Assembly: GCA_028873865.1 (NCBI GenBank)
Contig: JAPPNI010000026.1
Span: 55,180 to 119,179, forward strand
Length of the DNA: 64,000 bases
DNA from: Chloroflexota bacterium
GTDB taxonomy: Bacteria > Chloroflexota > Dehalococcoidia > Bin125
Reading direction: 5' to 3'
Position numbers and translations under genes: made by a program. Positions 1 through 9,419 of this stretch are shown here, one piece after another. The notes under the pieces were generated by a model. It saw nothing but the letters and a program-made list of their open reading frames with translations. It had not been told where the DNA came from and ran no database searches. Within the stretch, counting starts at the first letter, position 1; the number at the start of each line of letters is the position of its first letter.

Positions 1-1104
1 CACATGAAATGGGTCGTTGGACGAGAAGTCCGCCTCGGAGACACGATTCTGCGAATTGGAGTACCGGGAGACATTGCGAACCAGCTCGTCGTGAATATCT
101 CCCGCTTCAATCTCAATCAGCTTCGCGGCAACGTGCACCTGCTTGAGATCCGCTCGTCCTCTGTCCGTGGCCAGCAACGAGGCGGTGGTCTGACCGCCAT
201 TCACGATCTGCATTCGCTCCAACCGCTGAATCGCGCGGCCCCCCTTGAAATCGCAGAGTTCCACCGACTCAGCAGTGAGGGTGATGCCGTTGTTGTACGC
301 CAGGAATCGCTCGGGTTCCCTAGTGATTGTGTCCCGGATGCCTCGGTTCACCTTGCCTCGGGCTTGCAGGAACGACCGGACATTGGTTTCAAGCAGCCTG
401 GCGCCGAAGTCGGAGTAGATGCTGCGAAGCACTTCTCCAGGGACGAGCAAGAGAAAAGCTCGATATCCCTCTTGCGTACCGTCCGCCTCAAGACATGGGA
501 GGGGTGATCCGTAGCGCTGTCCGAAGTCAACGGTGATCGCCTCACGTTCCCTACCGGATGTGCTGAGCCGATGCAATCTGACGATGTCCCACAGCGAGCT
601 GGTGACTGCGAGGTCACCTAGCCCATCCTGCGGGAGCGTTTCTACAGTGGTTCTTCCATCTGTGATCACGCACTGCCGGACTTGTGTCAGCTCTCTCCTG
701 ACGCTGTGGATGTGTGAGGCCATGTCGAACACCGGGGAAGACTCCTCCAGATCGAGGAACCGACTACCAAGACACCAGTCCAGAAACCCTCGCAAGCGCC
801 GGAACGCCACATCGACCTGTTGCCTCGTGACGGTGGTCGGCGGGGATGCATTGGTATGAACAGTGAGAAAGATGTCGAGTCGCCCCTCGTCCTCGTCTAC
901 TCCATACCCGCTGACCTCCATGCCACGAGCTCTGTGGTAGCACGTAAGCGGATCGTCGAACTCCCCGGCCTCGGACAGCATGTCGAAGGCAACCTGTGTG
1001 AAGGAGTCGGCAAGCATTAGCTCGTCTTCACGTGCCTCAGCGAAGGCGAGGACATCCTCACGCAGGTCTTCAGCGAACCTGTTGAGCGGGTTCTGTGCTG
1101 TCAC
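1..1104 (-). CDS. mzaE: AIPR family protein (Mza-like defence operon, last visible gene); runs off the window start
   Basis: Not in ORF track. Manual translation from GTG at 1104 (GTGA overlap with the upstream stop): MTAQNPLNRFAEDLREDV...LLETNVRSFLQARGKVNRGIRDTI...FLAYNNGIT...QIVNGGQTTASL...YSNSQNRVSEADF. These are AIPR hallmark motifs; frame is open to base 1. Confidence 0.9.
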   Translation of the reverse strand, partial: MTAQNPLNRFAEDLREDVLAFAEAREDELMLADSFTQVAFDMLSEAGEFDDPLTCYHRARGMEVSGYGVDEDEGRLDIFLTVHTNASPPTTVTRQQVDVAFRRLRGFLDWCLGSRFLDLEESSPVFDMASHIHSVRRELTQVRQCVITDGRTTVETLPQDGLGDLAVTSSLWDIVRLHRLSTSGREREAITVDFGQRYGSPLPCLEADGTQEGYRAFLLLVPGEVLRSIYSDFGARLLETNVRSFLQARGKVNRGIRDTITREPERFLAYNNGITLTAESVELCDFKGGRAIQRLERMQIVNGGQTTASLLATDRGRADLKQVHVAAKLIEIEAGDIHDELVRNVSRYSNSQNRVSEADFSSNDPFHV

Positions 1105-2105
1105 ACCAGATCCTTGAGTAGTTCATCCGGTCGCTGCTCGTCGATCACGAACGGAGCGCTGGCCGCGGCCGAAACGGCGTAGCGCACGTCGCTAACCCCT
1201 GTGCGGAGATCGCTGGACTTGATTCTCGGAAATCCCTCTTCGACTCGGAACGGAGCAAGGGAACGCACGGCGTAGCCGATCTCCTCGAAAGAGGTGGCGT
1301 GTTCGGCCCGGTAACCCGAGAGTTCAAGACGTGCGTCGAGGGCACCCATGCATCCAAGGCTGGACGCCTCGGACCGTAACCCCCTCACGATCTCCGGCAA
1401 CGTCTCGCCATGGCTGGGCCGGTCGTCAAGAGAGAGGGCGATCAGCAGGAGAACCACGTCGGTAGGTGCATCGAGCTGTCGCTCACTCGAGATCGACAGG
1501 CGATCCAGAGTGGAAGCCGTGCTGGTCTTTATCTCCGCGCAGAGCCCAGGCAGCTGGAAGTCCTGATCCGCCCCCATCGGACCACGCCAAACCTGAACCG
1601 CCTTGCAAAGGCCTGTCACGGGCGCAAAGACTTCCCTTAGGGCCCATAGCTCGCCCCAGAGGCCCTGTTGAGCCTCCCGCGACAGCCCCTGTCGGCCCAG
1701 TTGCCGTAGAAGCTGCTGCCAATCCGATAGGCGTGCGAGAAATCGCTTCACGGCTTCTGCCTCGTCAGTTGGCTCTTCTGTAGCACCAACGAGGTCCTCG
1801 ATAAGCAGGTTAAAGATGTCTCCCCGCTCGACATCAGTGAGGACAAGAGCGACTTCGGCTTCGCCGACGTTGGGCTCGCCGAGTGCGATTCGTACGACGA
1901 GGCCATGGGAGTCTTCGGTTTCTGGTTGCTCGTCGAGCGAAGCTGCGGCGACCTTCAGAATCAGCATGCGATTCATCGATGGCATATCTAGACCGAGAAA
2001 GAAGTCTCGCCGGCCCGATGGGCTGAGTCGTCGCTGGGCGCGGCCTGATCTACTCGGACCCCGTGTGTCGTCCTCAAGACGCTGCCAGATCTCTTCTAGG
2101 TTCAC
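1101..2105 (-). CDS. mzaD: PD-(D/E)XK motif protein (DUF4420-like)
   Basis: GLWGEL, W.GP....QDF, EIKTS, ISSERQL motifs; lies between Z1 and AIPR with 4-bp overlaps. Confidence 0.85.
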   Translation of the reverse strand: MNLEEIWQRLEDDTRGPSRSGRAQRRLSPSGRRDFFLGLDMPSMNRMLILKVAAASLDEQPETEDSHGLVVRIALGEPNVGEAEVALVLTDVERGDIFNLLIEDLVGATEEPTDEAEAVKRFLARLSDWQQLLRQLGRQGLSREAQQGLWGELWALREVFAPVTGLCKAVQVWRGPMGADQDFQLPGLCAEIKTSTASTLDRLSISSERQLDAPTDVVLLLIALSLDDRPSHGETLPEIVRGLRSEASSLGCMGALDARLELSGYRAEHATSFEEIGYAVRSLAPFRVEEGFPRIKSSDLRTGVSDVRYAVSAAASAPFVIDEQRPDELLKDLV

Positions 2106-4834
2106 AATCCGAGTTCCTCTTCCCAGTAGACGGAGTTCACGAGGTACTCGACAGGTGTGTCGCTTTCAGCCTTCGGGAAACTGGCAGCGAAGCCAACCAG
2201 AGGATTGCCGTCAAGATCCGGTTCTTGGAGCGGGTAAACAAGAAGTAGCCCGCACTTGGAAGAGCGTGTCCGACGAATGTTGGGACCGCTCGGCTCACTC
2301 GGAGGATTGCGGTGTCGAGTGCCCTGAGCTTTGTACTGCTGCATTGTGAGGTCAAGCGCCCGTTGATACTGTTCATCCGTAAGGTCTATGTGCTCATCAG
2401 AAGGGTTGAGCAAGCGGCCAATGCGGTATTCGAACTCGTGATTGGGCCTGTCTGCGGGATAGGAAGCGCGGCGAACCGGGTAGACCTTCCAGCCACCCAG
2501 TTCGGACAGGTCATCCCCACTGTGGTGGGAGATCAGTGCAACAGCCCAATCTGTCAGCCCGCCCTCAGCGTTCTGCGCTCGGATGTAGCTGGAAAGGTAG
2601 GCTCCCCGCATCTTGCGGGAGCCGGGATGGACCTTGAGCTCTTCAAGCAGATCGGCGACGGTGGCGCCCGCCACGCCCTTCCAGACCCTGCTCCGGCGCC
2701 GTTGCCCGCCAGGGGGTCCGAGCGAAGCGAGAAACTGGTCGAGAAGGGCGTGATTAGCTCGATTTGCTTGTTTCTCGAAAGAGATGGTCTCACTGATGTC
2801 TGCGGAGTACGAAACAGTCATCGGAATCCCACTGCGCATCTTGTTGGCGGCGGTGATGACAAGCCCGGCGGGATGGCTTCGCACCCTCAAACCAAAGTCG
2901 CTGGGAGTCATGCCTGTGGCCGACATCAGGTCGAATTCCTGTCTGAGTTCCGCCGTTGCCATTGTGATGTGGCGGTAGAACTCGGACAGTTCATCCGTGG
3001 TGTACAGCCGGCAGAGATCGACGTAGCCCGGTCGATAACCGAACCATCGACCCATCTGGAGCAGGGTGTCGTACATCCGTGATGCCCGCAGGTAGTAGCT
3101 CACGGAGAGACCCTCTAGAGTGAGGCCGCGCGAGAGTTTGTCGCCTCCGATTGCTATTGCACTCAGGCCATCGGGTTGGTCCCAATAGTCCAGCGCATCC
3201 TTAGCGGCGCCGTTTATCACCCTGACTTGAATCTTCTGGGAAGACTCAACGAGTTGGGTTTGTATGTCGCTCCACGAGACCTCATGGCAGCCGGAGGCGA
3301 GTTCGGGGTATAGATGTCTGACACTCTCTGATGTGGGCACAAAGTCCTCAAGCCATATCGCTCGCAGGTCGTCCATAATGCGAGCACTTGAGTCGCCGTC
3401 CCCGTACCGGATGCGGTCCTGGAGGCCGCGAAGCTCCGCTTTGACAAGGTCGGCAACCTGTTCCTGGACGTTCACGAACCTCGTGACGTGAACCAGCATC
3501 GAATTGTGTTTGCCTTGGTCATCCCTTGCGGCTCGAGTAGCGCATGCCAGGATGAAGGCCCTCAGAGCGTGCTTCAGTGAATTGGGGAGTCGATCTATGT
3601 GCCAGTCGCTCTTGTGCAAGTTGGGTATTTGGTCTTCATGATCGGATACGAGCCTGACGAGAGGTAGAGGCTGGACATCCTCACCGTCCTCGTCGGGTGC
3701 GGCCGAAAGCCCGAAAACCTTGGTCGGCCCCACGTGATTGCTGGGGACTGGGAGGTTGATGAGAAAGTCGCGAGGGAAAAGGTCCGCGCCGTACTCAGCG
3801 GTACTCTGATCGTGATGGATGAAGATGTTGGCGAAGGGGGTCGCGGTGTATCCGACGTAGGCGCTCTTCTCAAAGGAGTTGAGTAGCTGGCGAATGAGCC
3901 CGTTTATCACGGTCGGATCTTCTTCGTCGTCCACAACCGGTTTCGTGTTCACTGACGCGAAATCGGCCTCGTCGTCGATTACAACGGTTGGAATGTTCGC
4001 TATTGACCGCTCAGGCCCGTCTAGGCTCAGTGCCCCAGCCCAACGAATGAGATTTCGGAGCACGGAGCTGTTCTTCTTCACGACCATGATCATCGGATCG
4101 CCCCCCAGCCGGACGTTGAACTGGTTGGCGACACGGCGGCTGAAGTCGCCTGTCTCGGCCGCGCTCGTTGCAGAGATGGCTCTGTGAGGCGGTTCCCCTA
4201 ACAGCTTCCCTACGCCGACACGCTTGTTGGCAGAACCAAGTTCTCGGTCAAGGCGTGTGTCCCACCCCAGAAATCCCTCATCGAAACGCAACTGGGCCTG
4301 TGCACGGAGGCTATTGGTGGTTCCTGTGAGGACCACAATGAACTTGTATCCGGCGTCTGCGGCCTTACAGATGAGCTCGATATAGTTCGAGGTCTTGCCG
4401 GATTGGACCTCGCCGACGACCATCCCCCGCCGATCCCAGCGGCCGGGCCGATCGGGGGCCTCGAGAAGTCCTAGGATCTTGTCAGTGAGATCGTCAGACT
4501 GATGCAGCGTTGGGAGGGCCCAGCGCTTTTGTTCCTTCAGAAGGCGCTGGTACCGCCGAGTGAATCTCCAATCGACGGACGCTCTCTGGTCAGGCAGCCA
4601 AGGCCTATGATCGCCGTCCTCGTCAACGAGAACCGCCGCATCCTCGATGAGCACGGTGACGTTTGCTTCGAGCTCCCGGATGAGGGCCTCGACATCGATG
4701 GTGGCATCTGGTGATTGCAACACCACCGCTCCCACCGCGTTTTGCGCTGCTCGCCTCACCTCGCCCTCGTCCGAGGTAGACCCAATCGCCAGCAAACTAA
4801 GTGCGATGACCCTGGCCTGTTCGAAGTCACTCAT
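2102..4834 (-). CDS. mzaC: Z1-domain protein with SF2 helicase-like N-terminus
   Basis: GEVQSGKT Walker A, IDDEADFAS, YVGYTATPFANI, GGDKLSRGLTLEGL, YDTLLQMGRWFGYRPGY. Confidence 0.9.
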   Translation of the reverse strand: MSDFEQARVIALSLLAIGSTSDEGEVRRAAQNAVGAVVLQSPDATIDVEALIRELEANVTVLIEDAAVLVDEDGDHRPWLPDQRASVDWRFTRRYQRLLKEQKRWALPTLHQSDDLTDKILGLLEAPDRPGRWDRRGMVVGEVQSGKTSNYIELICKAADAGYKFIVVLTGTTNSLRAQAQLRFDEGFLGWDTRLDRELGSANKRVGVGKLLGEPPHRAISATSAAETGDFSRRVANQFNVRLGGDPMIMVVKKNSSVLRNLIRWAGALSLDGPERSIANIPTVVIDDEADFASVNTKPVVDDEEDPTVINGLIRQLLNSFEKSAYVGYTATPFANIFIHHDQSTAEYGADLFPRDFLINLPVPSNHVGPTKVFGLSAAPDEDGEDVQPLPLVRLVSDHEDQIPNLHKSDWHIDRLPNSLKHALRAFILACATRAARDDQGKHNSMLVHVTRFVNVQEQVADLVKAELRGLQDRIRYGDGDSSARIMDDLRAIWLEDFVPTSESVRHLYPELASGCHEVSWSDIQTQLVESSQKIQVRVINGAAKDALDYWDQPDGLSAIAIGGDKLSRGLTLEGLSVSYYLRASRMYDTLLQMGRWFGYRPGYVDLCRLYTTDELSEFYRHITMATAELRQEFDLMSATGMTPSDFGLRVRSHPAGLVITAANKMRSGIPMTVSYSADISETISFEKQANRANHALLDQFLASLGPPGGQRRRSRVWKGVAGATVADLLEELKVHPGSRKMRGAYLSSYIRAQNAEGGLTDWAVALISHHSGDDLSELGGWKVYPVRRASYPADRPNHEFEYRIGRLLNPSDEHIDLTDEQYQRALDLTMQQYKAQGTRHRNPPSEPSGPNIRRTRSSKCGLLLVYPLQEPDLDGNPLVGFAASFPKAESDTPVEYLVNSVYWEEELGL

Positions 4835-6326
4835 CGACCGTTTCCTCCATGAGATCCTCGAGGGCTGGCTCGATCAGTTCGTAGCGCTCACCGATCGCTT
4901 CGGTCCTTCCGAGCCTCTCCAGAGCTTCAAGATGAGACAGCCCCGAGCGAACGAACGCCGTGTACAGGGCACGGATCAGCGATATCACTTCACGGTCTGT
5001 GGCCGATTCGAAGGGAACGCTCTCCGCCTCATCGCCTTCCGCGAGGTCAACCCAGATCTGCTGAATGGGGACATACTCCTCAATCAGGCGCAAGAGCTGT
5101 CGCACGCGCCGACTCTCCGCTGTCCCTGCTTTGAGAGCATCCTGAATCAGTGGATGGTCTCGGTTGATCACGTAGGAGACCTTCTTTTCCCTGATGTGCC
5201 GGGTCCAGACGAAGGTCGAGCTTCTACCAGCACTACGAGCAATCGACCTGCCACGATGGCGGTAGACATCGACTGCTCTCTGTCGCACGGCTCGAGCTAC
5301 CCGACGCAGTGTGTCGCGATAGCGAAGGGGAGGCCGAGCCTGCGATTTCCGCACATCTATCTCCCATTCGTGGTCGAGGGAGTTCGGGAGGTCAACCTGA
5401 ATGCGTGCGAGCTTGTAGTGCTCCTCCTTCACGAAACCGAGTCCGAGCCAGTCTCCTGCCACCAGTAGCCGCCGATTGCGATAGACGTAGAACCCCTGAT
5501 GAGCATTCCACCCCTCAGGACCGCCCGCTACTCGATGAATCTCAGCAGGAAGACGTGAGTGATGTGGAAGAACGTAGGGGATCACGGTGACTCGAGGATC
5601 AAGAGCTTCAGAGGAAAGTCGCTGTGTGGCGGGTTCGTCGGCGAGGAATGGATCCCAAGGCCTGATCGGCTGACCATTGATCCAGATGGCGATTGGGTTC
5701 GGCGGAGCCATGAATCGGTGAAACACCATTGCAACGTGGTCTTCAACGGCGCGGAGTCCATCGTGAAAGAGCTGACGAGCCCGCTCGTCGTCCGTCGCTG
5801 AGTCACCGACAAGCCGGTCCAGCTTGTCCCAATGCACCAGGGTGCCATGGCTGAGTTCGGCGAGTCTCGCTGCACCATCTCCAACCGCCGCCACCGGAAG
5901 GCGCAAGAGTTGCCAGTCCTTTGCAGTCGCCAGGTGATCCAGATCCCACCGCCGCGCGTCAGTTGAACTGGCGATGGAGACCTTGCTGGCAACGGTTACC
6001 GCCCTGGCCTGAGAGATCGATGCCGTCTTGAGGCCAAGGCCAAAGCGTCCCAGGTCTGACGGGTCCCGTTCCTGGCGAGGGCTCTTCGAACCGACCTTCA
6101 TGGCCGCGATCAGTTCGGCCTCGGACATTCCACAGCCATCATCAAGTATCGAGACCTGTGAACCGGCACCAGACCAGTGAAAGTCCAGCCACACGTTTCT
6201 GGCGCCGGCGGCGATGCTGTTGTCGATGAGGTCGGCGACCGCATCGGGTAGGGAGTATCCCGTTGCTCTCAGGGATTCCATGAGAGCATCCGCTTGAGGC
6301 GGGACCACATCGAAGTCGATTGTCAT
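4827..6326 (-). CDS. mzaB: MORC/MutL-like GHKL ATPase
   Basis: GYSLPDAVADLIDNS (N-box), DDGCGM (G1), DLGRFGLGLKTAS (G2), QGFYVYRNRRL, W.IDVRKS. Confidence 0.88.
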   Translation of the reverse strand: MTIDFDVVPPQADALMESLRATGYSLPDAVADLIDNSIAAGARNVWLDFHWSGAGSQVSILDDGCGMSEAELIAAMKVGSKSPRQERDPSDLGRFGLGLKTASISQARAVTVASKVSIASSTDARRWDLDHLATAKDWQLLRLPVAAVGDGAARLAELSHGTLVHWDKLDRLVGDSATDDERARQLFHDGLRAVEDHVAMVFHRFMAPPNPIAIWINGQPIRPWDPFLADEPATQRLSSEALDPRVTVIPYVLPHHSRLPAEIHRVAGGPEGWNAHQGFYVYRNRRLLVAGDWLGLGFVKEEHYKLARIQVDLPNSLDHEWEIDVRKSQARPPLRYRDTLRRVARAVRQRAVDVYRHRGRSIARSAGRSSTFVWTRHIREKKVSYVINRDHPLIQDALKAGTAESRRVRQLLRLIEEYVPIQQIWVDLAEGDEAESVPFESATDREVISLIRALYTAFVRSGLSHLEALERLGRTEAIGERYELIEPALEDLMEETVDE

Positions 6327-6694
6327 GTGCAGGAGGTTCGCACAGGGTCTTCAGAGCGGCAACTCGCGACACCTTCGGCCTCAGCAGACAGCCTTGGGTT
6401 CCGCGCTACGAAGCGAGCACTTCTGACTGTCGGCAGCTACCTGAAGCATTCCCCCTGACGGTCCGCTGTCGGCACCCACCGTTTCTCGCGCCAGTCGCCA
6501 CGCTCCGTGGCGCGCCTAATGGCTTAGGGAGATGGACCGAAGTCTCTACGTCGGGCCCGAAACGAGTTCTCCTCAAATCCGCTGGCACGGAGCGAAAGGC
6601 CCCTGAGGCGGTGCCATTCCCGCATTGAGAAGGGACCTCCTGAATCTCAGATTGCCACTTCCCAGACGAAAGTTCGCAGTTCGGTAGCGTTTCG

Positions 6695-6766
6695 CCCCCC
6701 CGGAAGGATTCGAACCTCCGCGCGCGGTTTAGGAAACCGGTGCTCTATCCCCTGAGCTACGGGGGG
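6695..6766 (-). tRNA. tRNA-Arg(CCT), CCA not encoded
   Basis: Reverse complement CCCCCCG-TA-GCTCAGGGGATAGAGC-A-CCGGT-TTCCTAA-ACCGC-GCGC-GGAGG-TTCGAAT-CCTTC-CGGGGGG-G folds as a cloverleaf. Confidence 0.95.
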
Positions 6767-6861
6767 TATCGCTGAGTGTATTGCCGTGCGGTTCGATTGA
6801 TCTTCGCCGGCGGTTTCGTATTCTGCACGCAGACATCGACCAACACAGCGGAGCCCAGCCC

Positions 6862-7113
6862 ATGCCGATGTACGAGTACTACTGCCGACCCTGCAACGAG
6901 AAGTTCACCAAGCTGCGGCCCATGAGCGCCGCCTCCGAGCCGTTCGAGCACGACTGTGGCCAGGTCGCGCAGAAGGTGCTGACCGCCGCCGTCGTCACCG
7001 TCGCCGGGCAGTTCTCCGAGATTGAGGCGGCCGAAGCGATGCCCACCGGCGGCGGCTGCGCCTGCGGTCGCGGTTCCTGCGGTTGCGGCGGCGGTGCGGG
7101 CGCACTGAACTGA
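6862..7113 (+). CDS. FmdB family zinc-ribbon regulatory protein
   Basis: MPMYEYYCRPCNEKF N-terminus and Cys/Gly-rich tail (GGGCACGRGSCGC). Confidence 0.85.
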   Translation: MPMYEYYCRPCNEKFTKLRPMSAASEPFEHDCGQVAQKVLTAAVVTVAGQFSEIEAAEAMPTGGGCACGRGSCGCGGGAGALN

Positions 7114-7170
7114 CGCCGGTTCACCTCCACCAGCCTGATTCCATCCCATCCGGCAGCGATTGGCCGAACC

Positions 7171-8670
7171 ATGAAGCGACGCCTTCGAGTCATCACCGTG
7201 GGAATTCTGCTCTCCGCCACTGCCGTGGTTGCGATCCTCCTGAGCGGAGCCGTGCCGCTCGACTTCGCCGCCTCCGAGAATCAGGGCGACGGCGAGGTCG
7301 ACGTGCGCGTCCAGGCTCGCCAGACCCAAGCGGGACGAATCGAAGTACGCGCTCAATCCAGCGTCGCGGTCGACAAGTGGATGACCCACACCCCCGGAGC
7401 CCGGCTCCTCCCCGCCGATGCCGAGCCCGGTCGCTGGTACTCCAGCAGCACCTTCACGGTCAGCCTCCCCGCACCGGCCCCCGACATCTCGGATCCGGCC
7501 GGTTACACGCAATGGTTCGTCAACGAGGCAATCCGCAGATACGAGCGAGACGGCCTGGCGGAGACCGTCGAGTACTACAACTCAGCGGAAAGCTGGGAGG
7601 GTCAGTGGTACGTCTTCATCATCGATGAAGATGGGGTCACCATCGCCAACCGGAACCCGGACCTGCTCGGCTTGCACAACGACGACATCAACGGACCCGA
7701 CGGTTACCCGGCGGGGCGGGTGGTGGTGGCCGCGGCCAGCGCCGACGGCGCCTGGGTCGACTACCAGTTCAACAACCCGGCGACCGGTCAGGCCGAGATC
7801 AAGCACTCCTGGGTCGTGCGTCGCGACGGGCTGATCTTCGGCTCCGGCTGGTACGAGGACGCGCCCTCGAAGATCTACGCCCCGGGAGCGTTCACGCAGT
7901 CGTACGTTGAGCGGGCCCTCGAGCTGTACCGAGTCCTGGGCCGCGATGCGACATTCGAGTACTACAACTCCCCGCAGAGCATCGACGGCCAGTGGTACCT
8001 CTTCATCCACAGCGTGGACGGCACCCGCCTGGTCAACGGCGCTCGCGCCGACCGTCCCGGCTGGCTGGGCAGCAACCTCCACGGCACCGGCGTCGACGTC
8101 ACCGGCTACGACTACACCGCCGACACGCTGGCCATCGAAACCAGCGGCTGGATCTCATACGTATTCCCCAATCCCGATGCCGAGCTCAGCTACCAACGCA
8201 AACACAGCTGGCTCGTGCGTCACGACGACCTGCTCTTCGGATCAGGCTGGTACGACCGCAACTACGACCTCGCCGAGCAGGACCCCGCCGCTTACGCCCG
8301 GGCCCTGGTGCAGGACGCGATCGACCGCTACGACGCCGATGGCCGCGAAGCGGTCATCGAGTATCACAACTCGCCCGAGAGCGTGGATGGCGAGTGGTAC
8401 GTGAGCATCTACGAACTCGACGGCACTCGGCTCGCCCATCCCTTCCTGCCGCTTGGTGAGAACCTCCTCGATGGCGGCCCGGACGTTACCGGTCGCCACT
8501 TCCGAGCGGACATCATCGCGATCGAAGATCGCGGTTGGGTGAGCTACGTGTTCGTCAATCCCGAGAGCGGCGAGCAAGAGCAGAAGCACACCTGGATCGT
8601 GCGCCACGAGGGCCTGATATTCGCCTCCGGCTGGTACGAAGAAGGCGCTTACAAAGCTCCCGATTCCTGA
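7171..8670 (+). CDS. Secreted or membrane-anchored protein with three tandem Cache-like domains
   Basis: N-terminal hydrophobic segment; three repeats of Y.NS.ES..G.WY...W..Y.F.NP......KH.W.VR...L.F.SGWY. Confidence 0.8.
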   Translation: MKRRLRVITVGILLSATAVVAILLSGAVPLDFAASENQGDGEVDVRVQARQTQAGRIEVRAQSSVAVDKWMTHTPGARLLPADAEPGRWYSSSTFTVSLPAPAPDISDPAGYTQWFVNEAIRRYERDGLAETVEYYNSAESWEGQWYVFIIDEDGVTIANRNPDLLGLHNDDINGPDGYPAGRVVVAAASADGAWVDYQFNNPATGQAEIKHSWVVRRDGLIFGSGWYEDAPSKIYAPGAFTQSYVERALELYRVLGRDATFEYYNSPQSIDGQWYLFIHSVDGTRLVNGARADRPGWLGSNLHGTGVDVTGYDYTADTLAIETSGWISYVFPNPDAELSYQRKHSWLVRHDDLLFGSGWYDRNYDLAEQDPAAYARALVQDAIDRYDADGREAVIEYHNSPESVDGEWYVSIYELDGTRLAHPFLPLGENLLDGGPDVTGRHFRADIIAIEDRGWVSYVFVNPESGEQEQKHTWIVRHEGLIFASGWYEEGAYKAPDS

Positions 8671-9383
8671 TTGCGATCGAACCACCCTCCGCGTCTCTGG
8701 TGCCATAGGTAGATCGCCGACGCTGCGCCTGCGGCCACCACGAATGCCAGCGTCACGCCGCCGATCAGCAGGGTCGTGTCGAAGAAGAAGCGCTGCGGGA
8801 ACAGCTGGATCAGTCCGTCGCGCGAACTCAGCTGCCATAGATCGTTGGTGAAGAAGAGCAGGTGAAACTGCCGGAACGCGGAGTCGAACCCACTGATCCC
8901 GATGATTCCCAGCACCACAACCAGTAGCGCGACCACGCCGCAGGCCGTCAGCGTCGAGCGGGCCAGCGCCGCAGCTGCTCCCCTGCGATGTCGCCACACG
9001 GTTAGCGCCACGAAGGCCACGATCAATCCCAACGCCGCCCAGCCGGCGTCGAACGTGCGGGCCATCAAGCGCTTCACATCGATCATGTGCAGGATCTCGC
9101 GCTCGCTGTAGAACGGCGCCCCCGCGACCTCGACGTCCAGACGCTCCGCGTTGTTGGTCAGGTAGTCCCGAGTCTCCTGCGCAACGCGCAGCACTTCGTC
9201 CTGAGGCAGCCCGGTCCGACCGCTGGCGTCATAACGCTCGAAGCCTCGCTCCCACCACGAGGCCGATGTCGTCGCATAGCGAACAGAGAACGCGACCGGC
9301 AGGGTGAACAGCGCGATCGCCAGCGCGACCTCAGCCAACGTGCGGCCCAGCCGGAGCAATGCGAGTTGAGCGATAGGATTCAT
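8649..9383 (-). CDS. TIGR01906/DUF1461 integral membrane protein (Lit-like)
   Basis: EILHMIDVK and F..FH.LFF.ND.W......LIQLFP..FF motifs, four TM segments. Confidence 0.8.
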   Translation of the reverse strand: MNPIAQLALLRLGRTLAEVALAIALFTLPVAFSVRYATTSASWWERGFERYDASGRTGLPQDEVLRVAQETRDYLTNNAERLDVEVAGAPFYSEREILHMIDVKRLMARTFDAGWAALGLIVAFVALTVWRHRRGAAAALARSTLTACGVVALLVVVLGIIGISGFDSAFRQFHLLFFTNDLWQLSSRDGLIQLFPQRFFFDTTLLIGGVTLAFVVAAGAASAIYLWHQRRGGWFDRNQESGAL

Positions 9384-9419
9384 ATGTCGAGTAGAGCGTA
9401 TCGAGCCCCGGAGTCCTCG

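Larger units (their letters stand above)
1..6694. mobile_element. End of a tRNA-anchored genomic (defence) island
   Basis: Defence operon with visibly more A/T-rich codon usage than flanking genes, ending at the tRNA-Arg 3' end; integrase and second att site not in window. Confidence 0.65.

Noticed and set aside
4-1020. Plus-strand ORFs at the window start
   Set aside because: Antisense to the AIPR gene, which has clear motifs.
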